Shown: piece after piece, positions 7,775-15,825 of the stretch
Position numbering within the stretch: the first letter of the stretch is position 1
Layout of the letters: the number at the start of each line of letters is the position of its first letter
From: an uncultured Candidatus Saccharibacteria bacterium
Lineage (GTDB): Bacteria > Patescibacteriota > Minisyncoccia > Phycocordibacterales > GWA1-40-21
DNA: 46,660 bases
Direction: 5' to 3'
Assembly (NCBI GenBank): GCA_964583845.1
Contig: CAZOXG010000001.1
Span: forward strand, 1 to 46,660
The notes under the pieces: generated by a model
The model's input: only the letters and a program-made list of their open reading frames with translations
Database searches by the model: none
Told to the model about the DNA's origin: nothing
Position numbers and translations under genes: made by a program

Positions 7775-10252
7775 ATGTCATTAATTAAGAAAATCTTTGG
7801 CGATAAACATAAGCGCGCTTTGAAGAGCGTCTATCCGATTGTGGCGAAAATTAACGCTTTTGAAGAAGAAATCAAAGCTTTGTCAGATGAAGCCTTAACC
7901 AATAAAACTCAATACTTTAAAGAATTACTAGCTCAAAATAAAACTCTGGACGATATCTTACCAGAGGCCTTTGCTGTAGTTCGTGAAGCTTCTCGTCGTC
8001 TCTCGGGTGAAAGACACTATGATGTTCAGCTTATTGGCGGTATTGTTTTACATCGTGGTTCGGTGGCGGAAATGCGTACCGGTGAAGGTAAAACTTTGGT
8101 GGCCACTCTGCCAACCTATTTAAATGCCTTAACAGGGAAAGGTGTCCATGTTGTTACTGTAAATGATTATCTCTCAAGACGTGACGCCGTGTGGATGGGG
8201 CAGATATATTCTTTCCTTGGATTAAGTGTGGCAGTGGTAAATCATGAGAGTTCATTTTTATATGATAAGACCCAGAAAGCTGAAGAATTAGACAAAGAAC
8301 GTGACGCTCTCGGTTCGTTTAAAGTCATTTATGATTTTCTCCGACCTTGTTCTCGACGTGAGGCATATGAAGCCGACATTACATATGGTACAAACAATGA
8401 ATTTGGTTTTGACTATCTTCGCGATAATTTAGAATATGAAGGAAAAGAATTACGTCAACGTGAATATAATTTTGCGATTGTGGACGAGGTGGACTCAATT
8501 TTGATCGATGAAGCCAGAACTCCACTTATTATTTCCTCTGCCACGACTGAATCTGAAGACTGGTATTCAAAATTTGCGGTGATTGCAACAAACCTAAAAA
8601 AAGATGTTGACTTTACTGTTGATGAAAAACTTAAGTCCATCTTAATGACGGACGCTGGTATTTCTCATACCGAAAAATTACTAGGTGTAGATAATATTTA
8701 CACTGAAGGTGGTATTAAGTATGTTCATCATTTACAGACAGCGGTCCGAGCTAAAGCTTTGTTTGAAAAAGATACTGACTATGTAATTCGGGAGGGCGAG
8801 GTCATAATTGTCGATGAATTTACGGGGCGTATGCAACCAGGCCGTCGTTGGTCAGAAGGTTTGCATCAAGCTATTGAAGCCAAAGAGGGAGTAAAGATCC
8901 AAAAGGAATCTCGTACTTTTGCTTCGATTACTTTTCAAAACTATTTCCGTTTGTACAAGAAACTTTCTGGTATGACTGGTACAGCCATGACCAGTTCCGA
9001 AGAATTTTTGAAAGTTTATCACTTGGATACTTTTATTATTCCAACCAACAGGCAGATTCAACGTGCCGATCACAATGATCAGATTTTTCAAACTGAAGCT
9101 GGTAAGTTTAAAGCAGTGGCTAGAAAAATTAAAGAAATTCACAAGACGGGCCAACCAGTTCTTGTCGGTACTGTGTCTATTGATAAGAATGAATTGTTAG
9201 CTGAATACTTGAAATGTGAAGGTGTACCGCACAAGATGTTAAACGCCAAGAATCATGAAAACGAAGGTGAAATTATTGCGCGAGCTGGTGAGAAAGGGGC
9301 GGTCACTATTGCTACTAATATGGCTGGACGTGGAGTGGATATTAAACTTGGTGGAGTTCCATTTAATCAGGAAAAATTTGACGAAGTAAAAGCTCTCGGT
9401 GGCTTGTGGGTAGTGGGTACAGAACGCCACGAAGCTCGTCGCATCGATAATCAGTTACGAGGTCGTGCAGGTCGTCAGGGTGATCCAGGTTCCACCCAAT
9501 TTTACGTCTCTTTGGAAGATTCTCTGATGCGTGTGTTTGCCAATGATACCGTCAAGAAAATGATGGGACGCTTTGGAATTGCCGAAGATCAGCCGATTGA
9601 AAATTATTTAATTACCAGATCTTTAGAAAGTGCTCAGACTAAAATTGAAGGTTTTAACTTTGATTCTCGTAAACATATTTTAGAATATGATGATGTTTTA
9701 AATTTTCAACGCCAGATTGTCTATGAGAGACGTCGAGCGTTGTTGTTGGGTGAAAAAGAAACTATCAAAACTAAACTAGAAGAAATCTTTTTGGATAATT
9801 TTGCTCGTGAAGAAGCTGAAAAGAAAAAGGTTTTAATCGGGGAGGAACAATTTTATGAAGTTATGCGTCGGATAATGTTGCAGGCGATTGATATGTTTTG
9901 GGTGGATCATTTGGAGGCAATGGATTATTTGCGCGGTAGTGTCAATTTACGTGCCTTCGGTCAGCGTGACCCATTGGTAGAATACAAGAAAGAAGGTTTA
10001 CAGATGTTTAGAGAAATGCAACTCGCGGTTCAAAATGAAGTTTGTCGTTTGATTCCTCATATTGGGGCTGGGGCGTTTGCTCAAGAAGAAGAAAGACTTC
10101 GTGAAGTAGAAAAACAAGCCTTGACTCTGATTTCTCCAGCGGGAGACGAGAGTTCTCCGTTAGCAAAAACCGATGAAGAAAAAGTTGGTCGCAACGATCC
10201 TTGTCCTTGTGGAAGTGGAAAGAAATATAAGAAATGTTGCGCGGATAAATAA
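7775..10252 (+). CDS. secA: Preprotein translocase ATPase SecA
   Basis: The product reads MSLIKKIFGDKHKRALK.., with Walker A MRTGEGKT, DEVDSILIDEARTPLIIS and the C-terminal zinc finger CPCGSGKKYKKCC. The track start at 7748 is a TTG extension; ATG 7775 (or 7769) matches the canonical SecA N-terminus. Confidence 0.95.
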   Translation: MSLIKKIFGDKHKRALKSVYPIVAKINAFEEEIKALSDEALTNKTQYFKELLAQNKTLDDILPEAFAVVREASRRLSGERHYDVQLIGGIVLHRGSVAEMRTGEGKTLVATLPTYLNALTGKGVHVVTVNDYLSRRDAVWMGQIYSFLGLSVAVVNHESSFLYDKTQKAEELDKERDALGSFKVIYDFLRPCSRREAYEADITYGTNNEFGFDYLRDNLEYEGKELRQREYNFAIVDEVDSILIDEARTPLIISSATTESEDWYSKFAVIATNLKKDVDFTVDEKLKSILMTDAGISHTEKLLGVDNIYTEGGIKYVHHLQTAVRAKALFEKDTDYVIREGEVIIVDEFTGRMQPGRRWSEGLHQAIEAKEGVKIQKESRTFASITFQNYFRLYKKLSGMTGTAMTSSEEFLKVYHLDTFIIPTNRQIQRADHNDQIFQTEAGKFKAVARKIKEIHKTGQPVLVGTVSIDKNELLAEYLKCEGVPHKMLNAKNHENEGEIIARAGEKGAVTIATNMAGRGVDIKLGGVPFNQEKFDEVKALGGLWVVGTERHEARRIDNQLRGRAGRQGDPGSTQFYVSLEDSLMRVFANDTVKKMMGRFGIAEDQPIENYLITRSLESAQTKIEGFNFDSRKHILEYDDVLNFQRQIVYERRRALLLGEKETIKTKLEEIFLDNFAREEAEKKKVLIGEEQFYEVMRRIMLQAIDMFWVDHLEAMDYLRGSVNLRAFGQRDPLVEYKKEGLQMFREMQLAVQNEVCRLIPHIGAGAFAQEEERLREVEKQALTLISPAGDESSPLAKTDEEKVGRNDPCPCGSGKKYKKCCADK

Positions 10253-10256
10253 ACTT

Positions 10257-10460
10257 ATGGAAAAAATTGTATACTTTAATTCGGTTGTTGAGTCCGAACT
10301 AGCAAAAAATATTTTGAAAGAAAACGGTATTATTAGCTTGGTTCAAAAAAGAGGTATAGAATTTGCTGGCGATATGGGCGACTCATATGGAGCCGATCTG
10401 TTTGTAGAAGTTAAAGATGTTGATGAGGCAAAGAAGATTTTAGATAATTATATTAAATAA
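10257..10460 (+). CDS. Small DUF2007-like (putative signal-transducing) protein
   Basis: The real start is probably ATG 10257 (MEKIVYFNSVVESELAKNILKENGI...), 5 nt after the secA stop. The 10173 start in the track overlaps secA. Confidence 0.55.
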   Translation: MEKIVYFNSVVESELAKNILKENGIISLVQKRGIEFAGDMGDSYGADLFVEVKDVDEAKKILDNYIK

Positions 10461-10518
10461 ATAATTCTATATAATAAGGAATATGATTTAGTCTATTAAA
10501 ATATTTTCTGATTAATAT

Positions 10519-11055
10519 ATGTTACCAAAAATAAACTTATATAAAAAAGAAAGTAAACTTACGAAGCCCTCACTAAAATTGAAGGATAGTTATATTGAGT
10601 CAATAAAAGAATTTCATCAAGAGGGAAGATATATTGATTTAAGTATAGATTATCTGGAAAATAATTTTGAAATGTTTCTTTCGGAAATTTGTAATGAAGA
10701 AAAAGGAGTAGGTCTCAAGGATGGGTATGTTCCAGCTACCGTACTTTGGCTAGAGAACGAAGACGGTTTTATTGGCAGGGTATCTATTAGACATAGTCTA
10801 ACCAAAGAATTATTAAATAGGGGTGGACATATTGGTTATGATATCCGTCCATCACTTAGAAATAGAGGTTATGGCTCAGAAATCTTGAAATTGGTATTGC
10901 CTATAGCTAAAGGTTTAGGTATTGAAAAAATACTTATTACTTGTGCTGATAATAATATAGGATCGTGTAAAATAATAGAAAAAAATGGTGGAATTCTTGA
11001 AAATAAGATAAAGGAAAATGAAGTAGTAGTTCGAAGGTACTGGATTAATCAATAA
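10519..11055 (+). CDS. GNAT-family N-acetyltransferase
   Basis: 178 aa. The motif-A region IRPSLRNRGYGSEILKLVL is followed by ITCADNNIGSCKIIEKNGG. Confidence 0.8.
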   Translation: MLPKINLYKKESKLTKPSLKLKDSYIESIKEFHQEGRYIDLSIDYLENNFEMFLSEICNEEKGVGLKDGYVPATVLWLENEDGFIGRVSIRHSLTKELLNRGGHIGYDIRPSLRNRGYGSEILKLVLPIAKGLGIEKILITCADNNIGSCKIIEKNGGILENKIKENEVVVRRYWINQ

Positions 11056-11061
11056 TTATTT

Positions 11062-11277
11062 ATGTTGAAACTTGGAAAGTATAAACATTTTAAAGGATTT
11101 GAGTGTGAAGTTATTGGTCTAGCTAAGCACAGCGAGACTCTAGAGGACATGGTTATTTACAGGGAACTTCGTGGTGATCAGGGTTTGTGGGTTAGACCAT
11201 TAAAAATGTTTACCGAAGAAGTTACTGTGGGGGAGAAAAAAGTACCAAGGTTTGAATTTATATCATTATCAAATTAA
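11062..11277 (+). CDS. DUF1653-family small protein
   Basis: YKHFKG..YEV(I)GLAKHSETLEDMVIYREL.....LWVRPLKMF matches the DUF1653 pattern as I remember it. Confidence 0.65.
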   Translation: MLKLGKYKHFKGFECEVIGLAKHSETLEDMVIYRELRGDQGLWVRPLKMFTEEVTVGEKKVPRFEFISLSN

Positions 11278-11292
11278 GACTTATTATAATTC

Positions 11293-11330
11293 CTGGATTA
11301 CTTTGTCAGACGACCTTCTCGCAATGACAG
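11293..11330. repeat. Solo copy of the dispersed palindromic repeat family
   Basis: ctggattactttgtcagacgaccttctcgcaatgacag. Confidence 0.55.
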
Positions 11331-11356
11331 AAAATAGAGAGAAAATTATTTAACGT

Positions 11357-11380
11357 AAAAACCGCCGAAAGGCGGTTTTT
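11357..11380. terminator. Bidirectional intrinsic terminator (aaaaaccgcc gaaa ggcggttttt)
   Basis: GC stem flanked by an A-run and a T-run, so it can work on either strand. Confidence 0.8.
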
Positions 11381-11640
11381 ACAAAGTGTTGTAGATTATC
11401 CTTAAAAGGAATCTACAACTATAACGCACGAAGTAAATTACGACTCGCAGGAGTTCAGCTTATTTGGTTGTTTGCTTAGAAACTAACCACTGAAGTCCGT
11501 TTCGAGAAAACCGGAAACCGGATACCCATGCTTGAAAAGAACTTCCCAGCTCCACACGGAGTGGGTAGTTCTCATTATAATGATTTAATAAAAAAAATCT
11601 ACTGAGTTATATATGGTGTTTTACTTCTAGTTTCGGGTAT
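11381..11640. other. 260-nt ORF-free, hairpin-rich orphan region; candidate ncRNA, strand unresolved
   Basis: It contains a 9-bp hairpin gttgtagat/atctacaac (11388-11419), ccgg-aaa-ccgg, and a composite hairpin aagaact.tccca.gctccac acgga gtgg..gtagttctc (about 11539-11575). On the minus strand a TATAAT (rc of attata at 11574-11579) precedes that hairpin, and the 11357-11380 terminator would close a transcript of about 215 nt. Confidence 0.3.
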
Positions 11641-11669
11641 TTGAATAAAAGTAATAAATATGTTATATT
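11641..11669 (+). promoter_or_regulatory. Promoter TTGAAT-17-(TGt)TATATT for island gene A
   Basis: ttgaat 11641-11646 and tatatt 11664-11669 with an upstream TG. The TTG of the -35 box is the spurious start codon used by the ORF track. Confidence 0.5.
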
Positions 11670-11757
11670 AAGGGTCGTTTCTGGTTCCTTGTTAATTAGT
11701 GTTAAGAGTGCTAAAAGCAACGGCGAAAACGCCAACAAAAAAGGAAGGGCAGTGACA

Positions 11758-12393
11758 ATGTGCATGTTCGAAGCAAAACAACTCTTTGATGAGATGAGGG
11801 ATCATATTCCTCGGATCACGGACCAAAAGTTGACCACAAAGTTGGGTCGCAAGTTGGAGTGTAACTTCTTTGGATACAGCTACCTCACAAGTAGTGCAAG
11901 TATCAAGACGTTATTACCAACATATAGCAATCTGACGATTGATCAAGCTGTATTGGTTGCGAAGCTTAGTCTGCCAGAAAACTGGAACACTACCAAGTGT
12001 CCTGGTTGGATCGGTAAATTTTACCGACTGGTGAGACATTCGCTCAAAGAGGAGTTGAGAAAGCTACCTAGCAAAGGAATTCCACTGACCCGTCAAATGG
12101 GGAGGTTGGAATTTATTCCTGCGTTGGGTACGCCACTCGATATCGTCTGGGGAGCAGACGGATTCTTTACTTTTGCCGGTGAAATAGTTGCGATCGACGT
12201 AACTGTTAATCCAGGAAAATTTTCTTCCTTGTGGAGTCCAGTGGTAATTTCCGCTGCGAGCTTTTCTCGGAGGACAAATCAAAAGTATCGGATTAATCTA
12301 GCCTGGACTTTGGCTAGAGAAGTGGCGAGAAGACTTATTGTAAGAATAATTGATAATCATATGAAAAAGGTAGTTATCAAAAATGTTGCTTAA
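11758..12393 (+). CDS. Island paralog A, hypothetical protein (211 aa from ATG 11758)
   Basis: An SD-like aggaaggg lies 8 nt upstream of ATG 11758 (MCMFEAKQLFDEMRDH..). It shares the motif series with B and C: FFG, P-x-(N/E)-W-N, G-x-x-[LF]-D-[IV]-x4-D-x-x-F, D-[VL]-T. Confidence 0.7.
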   Translation: MCMFEAKQLFDEMRDHIPRITDQKLTTKLGRKLECNFFGYSYLTSSASIKTLLPTYSNLTIDQAVLVAKLSLPENWNTTKCPGWIGKFYRLVRHSLKEELRKLPSKGIPLTRQMGRLEFIPALGTPLDIVWGADGFFTFAGEIVAIDVTVNPGKFSSLWSPVVISAASFSRRTNQKYRINLAWTLAREVARRLIVRIIDNHMKKVVIKNVA

Positions 12394-12513
12394 AAAAATA
12401 TAACACTAATTTAAAAAAAAGATTGGTTCTAACGCTAGAAGTAGGTTAGGACCGTAATAGGACATCGTTGTGAAAATACAACGGACTAATTGTTGAGTTC
12501 TCCACAATATAAA

Positions 12514-12546
12514 GCGCACCGCAAACCAGCGGTGCGTGTTTTTATA
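12514..12546 (+). terminator. Intrinsic terminator of paralog A (cgcaccgc aaacca gcggtgcg + T-run)
   Basis: The 23-nt core cgcaccgcaaaccagcggtgcgt (12515-12537) is identical to 13271-13293. Confidence 0.8.
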
Positions 12547-12683
12547 TAAGCAGGAAACCCAACGAAACTCTGTGATTTGAGGAATGCTGGGAGGATGTCA
12601 TTTGTCCTATTTACAATAGTACAAAATTATTGTAACCTGCATAAATAGTTCCTTGTTGTAAAAAAAAGAAAGAAGAGGTCAAA

Positions 12684-13232
12684 ATGATTTACCCGAGACC
12701 GGTTGACTATCCTATTGATTATTGCTTTGAAGGGGAAGAGTTCGAAAAAAACGGAAAAAGGCTTGAACAGAGTTTTTTCGGTTTTACTTTCAAAAATGAA
12801 AATCTGAACCGTCAATTTGTAATTGATTATTACCGGTCCAATATTGGTTTTGGTGAGGCTTTAGCCCAAGTCATGATCTATGGACCAAATTTTTTTCCCA
12901 ATTGGAATTCTTCTTTGCCAGACAATAACACTTATGCTAAATGGCTGTACTTTCAAGTTAGACAAACTTTGACCGACCTAAAGATCCCGGGGGACTTGAA
13001 GATATATCCTTGCCTAGGTTTCCCATTTGACGTGTGCCATGGAGTTGATGGTTTTTTTAAACTAGGGGATACAAAGTACTGCTTCTTTGATGTTACAGCT
13101 TTTAGACCGCCAGACGATCCATTAAAAAGTCAACCAAATGTGGTTGTTATTCACGAGGTGGAAATAGGGTACATGTACCGACCCCATGCCGAAGAACTGA
13201 TAAATAAGATTGTTGATCAACTGAAGGACTAG
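12684..13232 (+). CDS. Island paralog B, hypothetical protein (182 aa)
   Basis: SD agaagagg lies 5 nt upstream. Shared blocks with A are GKRLEQSFFGFTF / GRKLECNFFGYSY, FPNWN / PENWN, and GFPFDVCHGVDGFF..FFDVT / GTPLDIVWGADGFF..AIDVT. Confidence 0.75.
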   Translation: MIYPRPVDYPIDYCFEGEEFEKNGKRLEQSFFGFTFKNENLNRQFVIDYYRSNIGFGEALAQVMIYGPNFFPNWNSSLPDNNTYAKWLYFQVRQTLTDLKIPGDLKIYPCLGFPFDVCHGVDGFFKLGDTKYCFFDVTAFRPPDDPLKSQPNVVVIHEVEIGYMYRPHAEELINKIVDQLKD

Positions 13233-13269
13233 TTTTCTAGGAAGTCACCTTTTGTTTCTGTAACACAGA

Positions 13270-13301
13270 ACGCACCGCAAACCAGCGGTGCGTATTTTTT
13301 A
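13270..13301 (+). terminator. Intrinsic terminator of paralog B (same hairpin as after A)
   Basis: cgcaccgcaaaccagcggtgcgt followed by attttttatt. Confidence 0.8.
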
Positions 13302-13340
13302 TTATGTTTTATCTTTTGAGACTAAGAACGTGGTTACACT

Positions 13341-13368
13341 TTACAAGTATATTTATATATGGTATAAG
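13341..13368 (+). promoter_or_regulatory. Promoter TTACAA-16-(TGg)TATAAG for paralog C
   Basis: ttacaa 13341-13346 and extended -10 tggtataag 13360-13368. The SD gggagg lies 4 nt before ATG 13406. Confidence 0.5.
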
Positions 13369-13405
13369 AGTATCAGAAAAATAACAAAAGAACTCGGGAG
13401 GTCTT

Positions 13406-14005
13406 ATGATTTATTATACTGTTCCAAAGATTTATCATTATGGAGCTTTGTTTGAAAGGTGGTTTTTGGGCTTGCCCGATCTACATTTCATTTCGAAAGC
13501 TGAAATTGAAAAAGTAGTGGCGGAATTTAAAAATGCCAAGTCGGATTTTTTTATTCCTCTGCTAAAAGAAGTAATGTGTAATCAGCCAAAGGAATGGAAT
13601 CCCGCCAGCCCACACAACAGTCCGGCTAGTCGCCTTTTTAATTTGGTTAAAGAGAAATTGCTCAAATCGGGGAAAGTAAAAGAATCTGTGGTAAACAAAA
13701 GCCTCCGTTTTTACGTAGCGGTGGGTAGCCGTCTTGATATAATGTGTCAGACGGACTGCGCTTTTACACTTTATTGCGAAAGCGTGCATGTCACAGTCGA
13801 TCTCACGAGCAATCCCAACAAAAAGGAGAGCCACGCAGATATTATCCTGTCATTGACTGACCTTGAGTCTCTGACTGATGAGGGGAAGGCCGATGAAATA
13901 GCAAGACTTCTCATTGTTCGTTATAGATTGGAGGTAACCTACTCTCGAAAAAAACGGATTAGTTACCAGAAAAAAGGCATGAAGTTTCAATACTCTTTGC
14001 CGTGA
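13406..14005 (+). CDS. Island paralog C, hypothetical protein (199 aa), most diverged member
   Basis: PKEWN, GSRLDIMCQTDCAF...VTVDLT and EIARLLIVRY align with the corresponding blocks of A (EVARRLIVRI) and B. Confidence 0.7.
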   Translation: MIYYTVPKIYHYGALFERWFLGLPDLHFISKAEIEKVVAEFKNAKSDFFIPLLKEVMCNQPKEWNPASPHNSPASRLFNLVKEKLLKSGKVKESVVNKSLRFYVAVGSRLDIMCQTDCAFTLYCESVHVTVDLTSNPNKKESHADIILSLTDLESLTDEGKADEIARLLIVRYRLEVTYSRKKRISYQKKGMKFQYSLP

Positions 14006-14006
14006 G

Positions 14007-14048
14007 CGCCGTAGTTTGATCAAAAAATCAACGACGGCGTTTTTTTTA
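14007..14048 (+). terminator. Intrinsic terminator of paralog C
   Basis: cgccgt...acggcg imperfect long hairpin plus T9. Confidence 0.7.
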
Positions 14049-14148
14049 ATTATTAAGACTTTTGAAGTATTTTTTCTACTTGCTTTTATAGCAGATATGA
14101 TATAATTGTGCCGGTTCCGCCAATAACGTGCGGATTTTATTAAGTTAA

Positions 14149-15453
<1,305 letters not shown>

Positions 15454-15472
15454 TTACTTTTTTTGGAGGGTA

Positions 15473-15513
15473 CAAGACCGGTTTTTGCGAAGCGAAAACC
15501 GGTCTTGATTTTT
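15473..15513 (+). terminator. Intrinsic terminator after eno
   Basis: caagaccggtttt / aaaaccggtcttg stem plus T-run. Confidence 0.8.
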
Positions 15514-15599
15514 AATGATTTTCATATAGTATTTCTTTTGGATTTATTCAGGGAGTGTTTTCCTTGAGTAAGAGCAAAAACCAATGAAGGAGAGTGGCC

Positions 15600-15746
15600 A
15601 TGTCTTTTTGCACTGTTCATCAAGGGAAAGAAGTTCACTGTAATAACTGTTCCGGTTTTCGCAAACGTTGTGAGATAAAACAGACCCAGGAACAAAAACC
15701 GGAAACGTCTTCTGGAAAACATTGCAAATCCAACAAGAAGAAATGA
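15600..15746 (+). CDS. Unannotated 48-aa Cys/His-rich, Lys-tailed small protein (MSFCTVHQGKEVHCNNCSGFRKRCEIKQTQEQKPETSSGKHCKSNKKK)
   Basis: SD gaaggagag ends 5-6 nt before ATG 15600, and the stop is TGA 15744-15746. A strong GC terminator follows 20 nt downstream. The two minus-strand track ORFs here (15522-15777) have no such signals. Confidence 0.55.
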   Translation: MSFCTVHQGKEVHCNNCSGFRKRCEIKQTQEQKPETSSGKHCKSNKKK

Positions 15747-15767
15747 ATATTTCGATCTGATCTTTGA

Positions 15768-15793
15768 GGCGCGCCAACCAGGCGCGCTTTTTA
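15768..15793 (+). terminator. Intrinsic terminator (gcgcgcc aacca ggcgcgc ttttt)
   Basis: 7-bp all-GC stem plus T-run. Confidence 0.8.
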
Positions 15794-15825
15794 ATTTTAA
15801 TAAAGTTAGCTATAATACTTTCGCT

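Noticed and set aside
11388-11419. Hairpin gttgtagat...atctacaac, reminiscent of the 3' end of Cas12a-type CRISPR repeats (..GTTGTAGAT).
   Set aside because: It is a single copy. There is no repeat-spacer periodicity and no cas gene in the window, so the resemblance is limited to 9 nt.
11641-14048. Impression that the paralog island has a higher GC content than its surroundings.
   Set aside because: Hand counts of individual 60-nt lines ranged from 35% to 55% inside the island and reached about 45% in secA. I cannot support a compositional anomaly without a proper sliding-window calculation.
15744-15746. Possible stop-codon reassignment (UGA recoding), as seen in some CPR lineages.
   Set aside because: Long conserved genes here (secA, eno, gatB, pheT) are full length under the standard code, and their family motifs are not interrupted by in-frame TGA. 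TGA also appears to terminate the 48-aa ORF just before a terminator. RF1 alone is in the window, which says nothing either way.
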